DNA of 64,000 nucleotides from assembly GCA_030390025.1 (NCBI GenBank), contig CM059447.1:48794001-48858000 (forward strand), given 5' to 3'. Shown piece by piece: positions 1 through 12,629 of the stretch. Positions within the stretch are counted from its first letter, which is position 1. Every line of letters starts with the position of its first letter. A program made the translations under genes and the position numbers. Source of the stretch: Squalus acanthias. Lineage: Eukaryota. The notes beneath the pieces were generated by a model. That model was not told where the DNA came from. It saw only the letters and a program-made list of their open reading frames with translations, and searched no databases.

Positions 1-606
1 ACGGCGATCGTGGCGGAGCCGGCGATCACAATCAGTATTATAGACAGCCGAGTGTAAGGCAGGACGGTCCCTCGCGCTCTCTGCCAGCGGCTTAAACCCA
101 ATCGCCTGTTTACTGCACGATGTGAAACACTGCACCTACACTTTCAACATTGCCTCCATCTCCTGGCCTGGCTCAGTTGGGATTTGTGCTGTGTACAAGG
201 CCTGGCGCGTGAGTGCGCGTCTGTGAGGTGCATGCTCGCTCTGGGCTGCTGTGTGAGGTGCATGCTCGCTCTGGGCTGGTGTGTCAGAGAGTCTCACTCT
301 GGGCTGCTGTGTCATTAATGTACAATACAGATTATGAAGGTGTATTTCTCTTGCTTTCTGGTCATTTCCGTGGGGCTGACGGTTTGTTACAGGTGCGGGG
401 GGAGTGGTTCACACCTGCCCAGGTCTTGCACCCGTCCCATGGGACACCAGCAAGTGGTCGTCTCAGGCCAGGTCACAGTGGGAATGGGCTGCTGCACAAA
501 ACTACAACAAACAGGCTCCAAATCTCACTCACAGGCCACAGGAGGGCTGGTGTGGGAACTGGACCACACTGACAGTGGGACAGGCTGAGTTTGGAGCTTA
601 GGCACT

Positions 607-1683
607 GAGGAGCTTTACTCTGTATCTAACCCGTGCTGTACCTGCCCTGGGAGTGTTTGATGGGACAGTGTAGAGGGAGCTTTACTCTGTATCTAACCCG
701 TGCTGTACCTGCCCTGGGAGTGTTTGATGGGTCAGTGTAGAGGGAGCTTTACTCTGTATCTAACCCGTGCTGTACCTGCCCTGGGAGTGTTTGATGGGGC
801 AGTGTAGAGGGAGCTTTACACTGTATCTAACCCGTGCTGTACCTGCCCTGGGAGTGTTTGATGGGTCAGTGTAGAGGGAGCTTTATTCTGTATCTAACCC
901 GTGCTGTACCTGCCCTGGGAGTGTTTGATGGGACAGTGTAGAGGGAGCTTTACTCTGTATCTAACCTATGCTGTACCTGTCCTGGGAGTGTTTGATGGGA
1001 CAGTGTAGAGGGAGCTTTACTGTGTATCTAACCCGTGCTGTTCCTGCCCTGGGAGTGTTTGATGGGACAGTGTCGAAGGAGCTTTACTCTGTATCTAACC
1101 CGTGCTGTACCTGCCCTGGGAGTGTTTGATGGGGACAGTGTAGAGGGAGCTTTACTCTGAATCTAACCCCGTGCTGTACCTGCACAGGGAGTGTTTGATG
1201 GGACAGTGTAGAGGGAGCTTTACTCTGTATCTAACCCGTGCTGTACCTGCCCTGGGAGTGTTTGATGGGACAGTGTAGAGGGAGCTTTACTCTGTATCTA
1301 ACCCGTGCTGTACCTGCCCTGGGAGTGTTTGATGGGTCAGTGTAGAGGGAGCTTTACTCTGTATCTAACCCGTGCTGTATCTGCCCGGGAGTGTTTGATG
1401 GGTCAGTGTAGAGGGAGCTTTACTCTGTATCTAACCCCGTGCTGTACCTGCCCTGGGAGTGTTTGATGGGACAGTGTAGAGGGAGCTTTACTCTGTATCT
1501 AACCCGTGCTGTACCTGCCCTGGGAGTGTTTGATGGGACAGTGTAGAGGGAGCTTTACTCTGTATCAACCCGTGCTGTACCTGCCCTGGGAGTGTTTGAT
1601 GGGACAGTGTAGAGGGAGCTTTACTCTGTATCTAACCCGTGCTGTACCTGCCCTGGGAGTGTTTGATGGGACAGTGTGGAGGG
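607..1683. repeat. 67-bp minisatellite, ~16 copies (GGGAGCTTTACTCTGTATCTAACCCGTGCTGTACCTGCCCTGGGAGTGTTTGATGGGACAGTGTAGA)
   Basis: 67-nt period seen directly (TATCTAACC at 623 and 690); same unit recurs at ~9780-10165 and ~11820-12160. Confidence 0.95.
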
Positions 1684-2390
1684 AGCTAACGCACGGCCAG
1701 CCTGCAATGTTGTCTCTGGTTGTTCCTTGTTGCTGGAGTTACTATCTGGCCTCAGCGATGTTTTGGAACTCCCTTTGTTGGGTGATTTCAGATGTGGGAT
1801 GACGTGTCTGATCACAAAGGGAGAGTAAACACTCTGCTTAAACAGTGATTGCAGTCTCTCGTTTACCTCTGGAAGCTTCCAGAACTCTCCTGTCTTCCCG
1901 CTGTTCTTGTAGCAACATCTCGTGGCTTCAGTGGAGATGGGCACAAGCTCAGGTGCCCATTACCCGGGGGCACAGTCCAATGTTTACATAGTATTTAAGA
2001 GTGTTGCAGCACACATAGCAAGGGGCGACCTATAGGGGAAAGACGGACCCCCCAGGGGAACAGGAGAGTGGGAGCTGGAGGAGTCTGGGACCGGAGGGAT
2101 GAGTGGCCTGCTTTGTAAGGAAGGCTGCCCTTGGGTTGAGAAAGGGAAAATCGCAGGATTACTGCTCCCGGTGTCGGAACCCTTGCTGGATTGTGTGTGA
2201 ATAGTGGAGGTGGAGCAGGCCCTGCTCTAGGAGGAATCGGAGACACGACGTGCGGTGAGTGTAGCGTGCTCGGGAGGAAGAGGTGACTTTGGACCTCTGG
2301 TTCCCAAAGCTCTCCACCACTGGGGGTTTCCTTGTCTCATGTCTGGGTCTGTTGCAGACTCATTGATAGAGATTGATTGCTGTGATTGGT

Positions 2391-3527
2391 CAACTTGTAT
2401 TTATACTGTGCCTTTAACGTAGTAAAACGTCCCAGGGCGCTTCACAGGAGCATTAAAAGACAAAAAAATTGACACCGAGCCACATAAGGAGAAATTAGGG
2501 CAGGTGACCAAAAGCTTAGTCAAAGATGTAGGTTTTAAGGAGCGTCTTAAAGGAGGAGAGAGAGGTAGCGAGGCGGAGAGGTTCAGGGAGGGAATTCCAG
2601 AGCTTAGGGCCCAGGCAACAGAAGGCACGGCCGCCAATGGTTGAGCGATTATAATCAGGGATGCTCAAGAGGGCAGAATTAGAGGAGCGCAGATATCTCG
2701 GGGGGCGGGGGTGGTTGTGGGGCTGAAGGAGGTTACAGAGATAGGGAGGGGGGCAAGGCCATGGAGGGATTTGAAAACAAGGATGAGAAAGTTGAAATTG
2801 AGTCGCTGCTTAACCGGGAGCCAATGTAGGTCAGCGAGCACAGGGGTGATGGGTGAACGGGACTTGGTGCGAGTTAGGACACGGGCAGCTGAGTTTTGGA
2901 TGACCTCAAGTTTACATAGGGTAAGAATGTGGGAGGCCGGCCAGGTGTGCGTTGGAATAGTCAAGTCTAGAGGTAACAAAGGCATGGATGAGGGTTTCAG
3001 CAGCGGATGAGCTGAGACAAGGGCAGAGACGGGCGATGTTACGGAGGTGGATGTAGGCGGTCTTCGTTATGCTGCGGATATGTGGTCAGAAACTCATTTC
3101 AGGGTCAAATATGACACCAAGGTTGCGAACAGTGTGTTTCAGCCTCAGACAGATGCTAGGGAGAGGAATGGAGTCAGTGACTAGGAAGAACAGAGTTGGT
3201 GGCGGGGACCGAAAACAATGGCTTCGGTCTTCCCAATATTTAATTGGAGAAAATTTCTGCCCATCCAGAACTGTATGTCGGACAAGCAGTCTGACAATTT
3301 AGACACAGTGGAGAGGTCGAGAGAAGTGGTGGTGAGGTAGAGCTGGGTGTCGTCAGCATTCATGTGGAAACTGACGCTGTGTTTTCGGATGATGTCGCCA
3401 AGGGGCAACATGTGGATGAGGAATAGGAGGGGGCCAAGGATAGATCCTTGGGGGACTCCAGAGGTAACGATGCGGGAGCGGGAAGAGAAGCCGTTGCAGA
3501 TGATTCTCTGGCTACGATTAGATAGAG
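2391..3527 (-). mobile_element. L2-clade LINE 3' fragment, degenerate
   Basis: Minus-strand RT remnants ADDTQLYL..LSDCLSDIQFWM..NFLQLNIGKTE and QNSAARVLTRTK..ITPVLADLHWLPV; L2-type 3' tail near 2400. Confidence 0.85.
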
Positions 3528-3869
3528 AAGTATCATGTGACTACCAGGATGGTGGAAGAACGAGATGGACCTTGGCCTTTGATCGTCTAACCACTCCCAC
3601 GTCTCCCTTCTCATCCGCTCGGCTGTTGGGCTGAGTTCGGGGAGGTACAAGGTGGCGCGCGGACCCAGAGAGTCGGCACCTTCTGGAGAGAAAGCAACAA
3701 GTGTGTGAGATCGCTGGACCCGAGCCCTGACCCCAGGTGGGGCAACAGTGCTGTCTGCACTCCGGGTATCTGGGGATGGGTTAGCAGCGGGTTACTAGCA
3801 GCCCGACACTGGTTAACAGCCCAGGCCAGCTCACTGTCAGACACTCTACCAAACAAAGAGTGTCAGCAC

Positions 3870-4800
3870 CCTTGCCTCGGAGTCAGAAGGTCGTGGGTTC
3901 AAGTCCCTATCCAGAGACTTGAGCACAAATTCTAGGCCGACAGTCCCAGTGCAGTACTGAGGGAGCGCCGCACTGTCGGGAGGGGCAGTACTGAGGGAGT
4001 GCCGCACTGTCAGAGGGGCAGTACTAAGGGAGCGCCGCACTGTCGGAGGGGCAGTACTGAGGGAACGCCACACTGTCGGAAGGGGCAGTACTGAGGGAGT
4101 GCCGCACTGTCGGAGGGGCAGTACTAAGGGAGCGCAGCACTGTCGGAGGGGCAGTACTGAGGGAGCGCCGCACTGTCGGAGGGGCAGTACTAAGGGAGCG
4201 CAGCACTGTCGGAGGGGCAGTACTGAGGGAACGCCACACTGTCGGAAGGGGCAGTACTGAGGGAGCGCCGCACTGTCGGAGGGGCAGTACTGAGGGAGCG
4301 CCGCACTGTTGGAGGTGCAGTACAGAGGGAGCGCCGCACTGTCGGAGGGGCAGTACTGAGGGAGCGCCGCACTTTCGGAGGGGCAGTACTGAGGGGGCGC
4401 CGCACTGTCGAAGGGGCAGTACTGAGGGAGCGCCGCACTGTCGGAGGGGCAGTACTGAGGGGGCGCCGCACTGTTGGAGATGCTGTCGTTCGGATGAAAC
4501 GTTAAACCGAGGCCCCGTCTTCCCTTTCATGTCGGCGTAAAAGATCCCACGGCCACTATTGGAAGAAGAGCAGGGGAGTTCTCCCTGGTGTCCTGGGGCC
4601 AATATTTATCCTTCGACCGACATCACTAAAGCAGATTATCTGATCATTATCACATTGTGTTTGTGGGAGCTTGCTGTGCGCACATTGGCTGCCGCATTTC
4701 CTACAACAGTGACGACACTTTAAAAAGTACTTCATTGGATGTGAAGCGCTTTGGGACGTCCTGAGGTTGTGAAAGGCGCTGGAGAAATGCGAGTTCTTTT
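3870..4800 (+). mobile_element. SacSINE1-like (Deu-domain) SINE with expanded internal 33-bp minisatellite
   Basis: tRNA-derived head (GGTTCAAGTCC), ~15 copies of GCAGTACTGAGGGAGCGCCGCACTGTCGGAGGG, then Deu-type core (AAAGATCCCACGGC..GAAGAAGAGCAGGGGAGTTCTCCC) and L2-like tail. Confidence 0.75.
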
Positions 4801-5369
4801 TTTCTGGAGATCAATGATTTTTTTCCCCCTCCAATCACGGTCTCCCTGGTGACCGGGCAGCGTCCGGAGTGAACTGCTGCAACTGTCAGATAAGGGGCAG
4901 TTCAGCTCTGATCACCGGGACTAACGGGTCTCCTCGTCACACTCAGACGTTGCTGTTTAACGGTTCCTCCGTCAACTGTGTCCAAATAAATTGCTGGTAA
5001 ATAAAAGAGGAGGAAGAGCCTGGTCTTATCGCAGAGGCAGGCGGTGTGAGCACACAGACACTGAGGACAGGATCGATCCATGCACAATTGACACTGTTGG
5101 AAACGGGAGGGGTGGAGAAATGGAGCAGTATAAATACAAGAGGGATAGGGATGGGTCGCAGGTGATGGGTGATGCACTGGACTGGACAGTGACGAGAGAG
5201 AGTTCGCGGAGGGAGGAAGAGAGAAAAAAGGAGGGGGGAGAATAGTCTGCGGCAGTGTGAAGGAGAGAAAAATATATTTTTGGGGGTGAATAAGAGAGAG
5301 GGAGAGACCGACTGACAGAAAAATACTGAGTGACCGGGAGACTGATATATAGAGACAGGCAGACAAGGC

Positions 5370-5560
5370 GAGAGGCCGCAGGGCAGACAGACGGCAAGAG
5401 AGGCCGTGGGGCAGACAGACTGAGCGAGAGAGGCCGTGGGACAGACAGACAGACAGGGCGAGAGAGGCTGCAGGGCAGACAGACTGAGCGAGAGAGGCCG
5501 TGGGACAGACAGACAGGGCGAGAGAGGCCGTGGGACAGACAGACCGGGCGAGAGAGGCAG
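5370..5560. repeat. Short ~30-bp GA-rich tandem repeat just upstream of the MSMP start codon
   Basis: GAGAGAGGCCGTGGGACAGACAGAC repeated ~6 times, ending ~15 nt before ATG 5574. Confidence 0.8.
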
Positions 5561-5573
5561 ACTGATTTGGACC

Positions 5574-5673
5574 ATGGTGCTGTTGGATTCTGCGGTGAGA
5601 TTTCTGTGGCTGGTGCTGGTTCTGTTCCCTCAGGCCGCTCACGGTGCTGGAGAATGCTTCTTTGATGGCAAAG
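5574..5673 (+). CDS. MSMP: Prostate-associated microseminoprotein (MSMP/PSMP, beta-microseminoprotein family), coding exon 1 with signal peptide
   Basis: ACCATGG Kozak context; MVLLDSAVRFLWLVLVLFPQAAHGAGECFFDGK; phase-1 donor G|GTAAG; splices in frame to exons 2 and 3 giving 127 aa. Confidence 0.88.
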
Positions 5674-6029
5674 GTAAGACTCATTTCTCTACACCGCCAA
5701 GTAGTGTGACTGTAGGGGGAGTGGGGGGGCTCTTGTGGGCCGGTCCTGTTAACGCTAAGTGATTGAGGGGGGAATTACCCATCCTTGTACCTTTTGAAAT
5801 GATGTTCAGATGAGGGCTCTTTAAATCTGGGCGGCTAACTACTCCCCTCGGTGTGGCAATGCAATGCACAGGCTGAACATGCCGGGTCTGATCATGGTCT
5901 GTGGTGAGTTGTTGAAATGCTGTGGACTGGAAGCTGAATTGGATCAGCCAGACCAGGACAGAGGCTGCCTATTCTGTGATGAGTGGCTCAGCTCCGTCCT
6001 GACCCCCTCAAAGCCTTTCCACCATCAAC

Positions 6030-7112
6030 AGGGCAGAAGCCAGGAGTGTGATAGAACCTCAACACTCACCTGGATGGTGCAACCACAACAAATAACTTGC
6101 ATTTATATAACATAGTAAAACGTCCCAAGGCACTTCACAGGAGCGTAATCAAAGAACGTTTGACACCGAGCCACATGAGATATTAGGGCAGATGACCAAA
6201 AGCTTGGCCAAAGAGGGAGGTTTTAAGGAGCGTCTTAAAGGAGGAGAGAGGCGGAGAGGTTCAGGGAGGGAATTCCAGAGCTCGGGGCCCAGGCAGCTGA
6301 AGGCACGGCCGTCGATGGGGCGATGGAAATCGGGCGACGCTCAAGAGGCCAGAATTGGAGGAGCGCAGAGATCTCGGGGGGTGGTGGGGCTGGGGGAGAT
6401 TACAGAGATAGGGAGGGACGAGGGGCCATGGAGGGATTTGAACACAAGGATGAGAATTTTAAAATCGAGGCATTGCCGTACCGGGAGCCAATGCAGGTCA
6501 GGGAGCACGGGGTGACGGGTGAACGGGACTCAGTGCGAGTTAGGACATGGGCAGCAGAGTTTTGGCTGACCTCAATTTTATGGAAAGCGGAAGGCTGGGC
6601 AGGAGAGCATTGGAAAAGTCGAGTCTATGGGAATCAAAGGCATGGATGAGGGTTTCAGCAGCAGGTGAGCAGAACACTTAAGAAAAGCACTGAAGAAACT
6701 CGACACCATCCAGGACAGAGCAGTTTGCTTGATCAGAGCCCCTGCCACAAGACTCAATATTGAATTCTCACCCCCACCAGCGCATCATGACTGCAGCGTG
6801 TACTATCTGCAGGATGCATTGCAGTAATCGCCAAGGCTCCTTTGGCATCACCTCCAACCCCTGAGAGGGACAAGGGCAGCAGGTGCATGGGAACACCATC
6901 ACCTCCAGGTCACACCATCCCGACTTGGAAATATATCGGCCGTTCCTTCATTGTCGCTGGGTCAAAATCCTGGAACTCCCTCCCTAACAGCACTGTGGGG
7001 TACCTTCAGCACACGGACTGCAGCGGTTCAAGAAAGCGGCTCACCACCACCTTCTCAAGGGCAATTAGGGATGGGCAATAAATGCCGGCCTAGCCAGCGA
7101 CCCCTGCATCTG
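6030..7112 (+). mobile_element. CR1-superfamily non-LTR 3' fragment interrupted by a minus-strand L2 fragment (~6086-6670)
   Basis: Same family as 20230-20760, ending AATAAATGCCGGCCT.GCCAGCGAC; the insert matches the L2 at 2391-3010. Confidence 0.7.
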
Positions 7113-7337
7113 GAGAATGAATATTACTAAAGGTTAACTAATCTCTGCAGAGTAGTAGTAGGGGCCACACTTGAACTCCATGCCAGTGGGCTACAGAAGG
7201 TCCCTGATGAAAAGTGCATGGATGTCGGGTTAGATTATGATGCCCACACAGTCAAAGACACTGCTGGCGCTGGGCTTGCACATGGAATATGGCCATCTGG
7301 GTGAGGTAATAGAGGGCGTCCACTGAACACTCCTTCT

Positions 7338-8158
7338 GGAGAGGGACCCGTACCCGAGTGAGAGTCAGCACCTTCAGGAGAGGAGGGGACCCGTACCCGA
7401 GTGAGAGTCAGCACCTTCAGGAGAGGAGGGGACCCGTACCCCAGTGAGAGTCAGCACCTTCAGGAGAGGAGGGAACCTGTACCCCAGTGTGAGTCAGCAC
7501 CTTCAGGAGAGGAGGAGACCCGTACCCCAGTGAGAGTCAGCACCTTCAGGAGAGGAGGGGACCCGTACCCCAGTGAGAGTCAGCACCTTCAGGAGAGGAG
7601 GGGACCCGTACCCCAGTGAGAGTCAGCACCTTCAGGAGAGGAGGGGACCCATACCCCAGTGAGAGTCAGCACCTTCAGGAGAGGAGGGGACCCGTACCCC
7701 AGTGAGAGTCAGCACCTTCAGGAGAGGAGGGAACCTGTACCCCAGTGAGCGTCAGCACCTTCAGGAGAGATGGTGAACCCGTACCCCAGTGAGAGTCAGC
7801 ACCTTCAGGAGAGGAGGAGACCCGTACCCCAGTGAGAGTCAGCGCCTTCAGGAGAGGAGGAGACCCATACCCCAGTGAGAGTCACACCTTCAGGAGAGGA
7901 GGGGACCCGTACTCCAGTGAGAGTCGGCACCTTCAGGAGAGGAGGGGACCCGTACCCCAGTGAGAGTCAGCACCTTCAGGAGAGGAGGGGACCCGTACCC
8001 CAGTGAGAGTCAGCACCTTCAGGAGAGGAGGGGGACCCGTACCCCAGTGAGAGTCAGCACCTTCAGGAGAGGAGGGGGACCCGTACCCCAGTGAGAGTCA
8101 GCACCTTCAGGAGAGGAGGGAACCCGTACCCCAGTGAGAGTCACACCTTCAGGAGAGA
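7338..8158. repeat. 43-bp minisatellite, ~19 copies (GGAGAGGAGGGGACCCGTACCCCAGTGAGAGTCAGCACCTTCA)
   Basis: 43-nt period seen directly; lies in MSMP intron 1. Confidence 0.95.
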
Positions 8159-8329
8159 TGGGGACAGATTCATTAAAGCTGGGTGATTGAATTCATTGTC
8201 TATATTTTCTCTCCCGTGCTCTTTAAACATGGTGGTGCTGGGTCAGCTCCGCCATCTCTCGCGTGTCGAGTTTACGGTCTGTCCCACCGCATTTGTGAAC
8301 CACAGGCGTATCTTGCAGTCCATCATCTT

Positions 8330-9480
8330 ATGTGGTGTATTTGCATTTTCAAAAGCATTCGATAAGGTGCCACACATGGGGGTATTACACAAAATTAGGG
8401 CTCCTGGGATTGGGGGTAATATACTAGTATGGATTGAGGATTGGTTAACGGACAGAAAACAGAGAGTAGGAATAAACGGGTCATTTTCGGGTTGGCAGGC
8501 TGTAACTAGTGGGGTACCGCAAGGATCAGTGCTGGGGCCTCAGCTATTTACAATCTATATTACTGACTTAGATGAGGGGGCCGAGTGTAATGTATCCAAG
8601 TTTGCTGATGATACAAAGCTAGGTGGGAAAGTAAGTTATCAGGAGGACGCAAAGAGCCTGCAAAGGGATATAGACAAGTTAAGTGAGTAGGCAAGAACAT
8701 GGCAGATGGAATATAATGTGGAGAAATGTGAAGTTACCACTTTGGTAGGAAAATTAGGCAGAGATTGGGAAATGTTGGTGTTCAGAGGGACCTGGGTCTC
8801 CTTGTACAAGAATCACTGAAAGTTAACAGGCAGGTACAGCAAGCAATTAGGAAAGCAAATGGTATGTTGGCCTTTATTACAAGAAGATTTTAGTATTAGA
8901 GTAAAGAAGTCTGCAGTTATATAGGGTCCTGGTGAGACCACACCTGGAGTATTGTGTACAGTTTTGGTCTCCTTACCTAAAGACGAATATACTTGCCTTA
9001 GAGAGCGTGCAATGAAGGTTCACTAGAATTATTCCTGGGATGGGGGATTGTCCTATGAGGAGAGATTGAGTAGACTAGGCCTATATTCCCTAGAATTTAG
9101 AAGAATGAGAGGTGATCTCATTGAAACATACAAAATTCTTACAGGGCTTGACAGGGTCGATGCAGGGAGGATGTTTCCCCTGGCTGGGGAATCTAGAACC
9201 AGGGGTCATAGTCTCAGAATAAGGGGTCAGCCACTGAGATGAGGAGAAATTTCTTCACTCAGAGAGTGGTGAATCTTTGGAATTCTCTACCCCAGAGGGC
9301 TGTGGATGCTCAGTCGTTGCGTATATTCAAGACTGAGATTGATAGATTTTTGGACATTAAGGGAATCAAGGAATATGGGGATAGTGCGGGGAACTGGAGA
9401 TGAGGTAGAAGATCAGCCATGATCTTATTAATGGTGGAGAAGGGTCGAATGGCCGACTCCTGCTCCTATTTCTTATGTTC
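8330..9480 (+). mobile_element. CR1 (HER1-like) LINE 3' part, degenerate RT
   Basis: [36 protein letters not shown]; YEERLSRLGLYSLEFRRMRGDLIETYKI; TTCTTATGTTC tail. Confidence 0.9.
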
Positions 9481-9531
9481 AGATAATGATCAGACCCATC
9501 GTCACGTTGCGCTGATTCTCTCTCTCTGCAG

Positions 9532-9640
9532 CCACCTGCGAGCACAAGGGGCTTAGGTTGGAGATCGGAGATACTTGGATCAACGAGAATTGTTACCAGT
9601 GCATCTGTCTGAACCCCTTTGGGGTGGGCTGCTGTGACAA
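9532..9640 (+). CDS. MSMP: MSMP coding exon 2 (not in the ORF track)
   Basis: Pyrimidine tract TCTCTCTCTGCAG acceptor; (A)TCEHKGLRLEIGDTWINENCYQCICLNPFGVGCCD matches the MSMP pattern C..G.TW...C..C.CL.P.GVGCCD; donor AA|GTGAG; phases 1/2 consistent. Confidence 0.92.
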
Positions 9641-9779
9641 GTGAGTATAACCCAAACCAGGGGACAGAACAGTGGGTCAGACACTGACCTGAGGGACATG
9701 GGTTCAAATCTCGGAATCTCCTTTGGCTGCTGGCTGTAAGGGTCCAACTGAAATGGGAAGGGAAGTCTCAGTCCAGTTC

Positions 9780-10165
9780 CCTGGGAGTGTTTGATGGGAC
9801 AGTGTAGAGGGAGCTTTACTCTCTATCTAACCCGTGCGGTACCTGTCCTGGGAGTGTTTGATGGGACAGTGTAGAGGGAGCTTTACTCTGTATCTAACCC
9901 GTGCTGTACCTGCCCTGGGAGTGTTTGATGGGACAGTGTAGAGGGAGCTTTACGCTGTATCTAACCCGTGTTGTACCTGCCCTGGGAGTGTTTGATGGGA
10001 CAGTGTAGAGGGAGCTTTACTCTGTATCTAACCCGTGCTGTACCTGCCCTGGGAGTGTTTGATGGGACAGTGTAGAGGGAGCTTTACGCTGTATCTAACC
10101 CGTGCTGTACCTGCCCTGGGAGTGTTTGATGGGGACAGTGTAGAGGGAGCTTTACTCTGTATCTA
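9780..10165. repeat. 67-bp minisatellite array (same family as 607-1683)
   Basis: Direct sequence identity, ~6 copies. Confidence 0.9.
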
Positions 10166-10833
10166 ACTGTAACAGACTCTCTCTGCCTGTGTTCCCTCGC
10201 AGTGTGCTCTAACTGTAACAGACTCTCACTGCCTGTGTTCCCTTGCAGTGTGCTCTAACAGCAACAGACTCTCTCTGCCTGTGTTCCTTCACAGTGTGCT
10301 CTGAGTGTAACAGACTCTCTCTGCCTGTGTTACATAGAAACATAGAAACATAGAAACATAGAATCTAGGAGCAGGAGTAGGCCATTCGGCCCGTCGAGCC
10401 TGCTCCGCCATTCAATACGATCATGGCTGATCATCCAAATCCAGTACCCTGTCCCTGCTTTTAATCCCCACAGTACACATATCCCACCCTACCCCCGTAA
10501 CCCCACGTATTTAATTCCCCCTAACATATCCCATCCTATCCCCATAACCCCACATATTTAATCCCCCCTAACACTAAGGGTCAATTTATCATAGCCAAAT
10601 CAACCTAACCCACACATTTTTGGACTGTGGGAGGAAACCGGAGCACCCGGAGGAAACCCACGCAGACACGGGGAGAATGTGCAAACTCCACACAGACAGT
10701 CACCCGAGGTCAGATTCGAACCCGGGTCTCTGGCGCTGTGAGGCACCAGTGCTAACCACTATGCCACCGTGTTCTCTCGCAGTGTGCTCTAACTGTAACA
10801 GACTCTCTCTGCCTGTGTTCCCTCGCAGTGTGC
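10165..10833. repeat. ~46-bp tandem repeat containing the MSMP exon 3 acceptor, split by an HE1 SINE
   Basis: CTAACTGTAACAGACTCTCTCTGCCTGTGTTCCCTCGCAGTGTG repeated ~5 times; the last copy supplies the acceptor. Confidence 0.85.
10332..10771 (-). mobile_element. HE1-type V-SINE, essentially full length
   Basis: tRNA-like head, V-domain GTGTGGAGTTTGCACATTCTCCCCGTGTCTGCGTGGGTTTCCTCCGGGTGCTCCGG, CR1/HER1-type tail with (TTTCTATG)n. Confidence 0.85.
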
Positions 10834-11003
10834 AACAGCCAGTCGATTACCCAGAATGGTGTGAAGTCATCCAGAGACCCAACTCTTGCCGGCTGGCGGT
10901 TGTCATGAAGGCCAATCGCAGGATCCCGTGCATCGGCAAAACCGCCATGGGCCGCCTGCAGCTCCAGAGCGGGCGCAAGGCAGAGAACGACCCCTTCTTC
11001 TAG
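10829..11003 (+). CDS. MSMP: MSMP coding exon 3 (terminal)
   Basis: CCTCGCAG acceptor; (N)VQQPVDYPEWCEVIQRPNSCRLAVVMKANRRIPCIGK...DPFF* matches the MSMP pattern Q.P.D.P..CEV......C....V.K...R.PC; exons total 384 nt; candidate AATAAA at 11356. Confidence 0.92.
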
Positions 11004-11819
11004 CAACTGAGACCTCGGGGCGAGGGGCACAGTAATTCCTCCCCCCACCTCCCCAATCACATGTGAATTGTATAGTTTGGATTCTGTTAAATATCCCTGG
11101 GCCTCCTCATCTCTCCCCAGACCTGCATCTGGATTTCCCGTTTAGTCCCAGCTAGACTCGATGTAAAGGGGAATTTGGGACCCCTGATTAAGAGGCAGAG
11201 TCCCCTTTAAAGGAGGAATGTGGTCGCTCACAGGATGCTGCATATTTAATGCGATGAGATGCTCACATGGCTGCCCAGGGAGTCAGCCATTCCCACGTGT
11301 GTGTGTGTGATAAGTGAGTTCTTTGTTTCAGCCGTGGTTTGTTCCAATCCGATGCAATAAAGGAAAATCCCGCATTGACATCTCGTTCCGCCTGCTGTCT
11401 TGTCACGGGCTGCTCGAAACTCTTAAGGAGATTGTTAAACGTTCTGGGAGAGAGGCCCAATGGATAGGGCCTGGTGTGGATCTGAGCCACACACAGCTGG
11501 GCAAAATCCTGCTTCCAATTCTGGGCTCTGCTGATCTCCGCTGGAGCAGCAATAGGACCTCTGCTACCAAGCTTCGAGCCACCACAAAGATGCATTTGAG
11601 GGGAAGCTCGATAAACAGGAGGGAGAAAGGAATAGAAGGATATGCTGGTAGGGCGAGATGGTGGGAGGAGGCTCGAGGGCAGCATAAACACCAGCGTGGA
11701 CCAGTTGGGCCGAATGGCCTGTTTCTGTCCTGTGCATTCTCGAACTCATGATTGGTAGGTGGTGGAGAGGCTTTGCGGAATCAGGGGGGCAGCCCCTCCT
11801 GCTCTCGAACCCACAGCAT

Positions 11820-12160
11820 TTAACCCGTGCTGTACCTACCCTGGGAGTGTTTGATGGGGCAGTGTAGAGGGAGCTTTACTCTGTATCTAACCCGTGCTGT
11901 ACCTGCCCTGGGAGTGTTTGATGGGGCAGTGTAGAGGGAGCTTTACTCTGTATCTAACCCGTGCTGTACCTGCCCTGGGAGTGTTTGATGGGGCAGTGTA
12001 GAGGGAGCTTTACTCTGTATCTAACCCGTGCTGTACCTCCCCTGGGAGTGTTTGATGGGGCAGTGTAGAGGGAGCTTTACTCTGTATCTAACCCGTGCTG
12101 TACCTGCCCTGGGAGTGTTTGATGGGGCAGTGTAGAGGGAGCTTTACTCTGTATCTAACA
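11820..12160. repeat. 66/67-bp minisatellite array (same family as 607-1683)
   Basis: Direct identity, ~5 copies. Confidence 0.9.
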
Positions 12161-12629
12161 CAATGTGAGCTGCACAGAATCTCTTTGGCGATCAGTGCGG
12201 GTCACACTCAAGCGGCTCTCTGGGAGATACCGCCGCTCCTTTCTCTTTCTACACGGTGAAGCTTTATTTGTACATGTCCGGTGTTTAAATATTCAGAGGA
12301 ACAATGTTTGTGCTGTAACCTGATCGTGCCCTGGCCAGGTGCTGTGTTCCTGGAACCACAGTCACAGGTTGCAGTAGGTGTGTAACCTGTAACCAGATCC
12401 CACCCGGATAAAAGGCTTTTCTCCTCAATACGTTGGCACAGTAGAGGCTTCTCAGCTCCTCGAACGCTAGATCACCAGCCACTGCCGCAACACCCACACC
12501 CGGACCCCGTCAGCTATGATCCAGGACTGAACAAAACCAACCAGGTGTTCGGGATAAAGAAGATGTTTATGAGGTAAATGTGATTTTCAGTCATACTTAA
12601 AATTGTAAGGAAAGGGGACAAGAAAAGAC

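Noticed and set aside
1-140. Minus-strand hydrophobic stretch LPYTRLSIILIVIAGSATIA at the window edge
   Set aside because: Could be an exon running off the window, but there is no in-frame start and too little sequence to identify it
334-588. ORF with a signal-peptide-like start (MKVYFSCFLVISVGLTVC)
   Set aside because: No recognisable family and no supporting exon structure
607-1683. CRISPR-like regular repeats
   Set aside because: Head-to-tail units without unique spacers, in a vertebrate genome with no cas genes
1690-2390. Possible retroviral gag-like remnant on the minus strand
   Set aside because: Only vague resemblance; no diagnostic motif
12480-12579. Candidate upstream LINGO exon ending GAG|GTAAAT
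   Set aside because: Donor is plausible, but there is no in-frame ATG and no other support without transcripts
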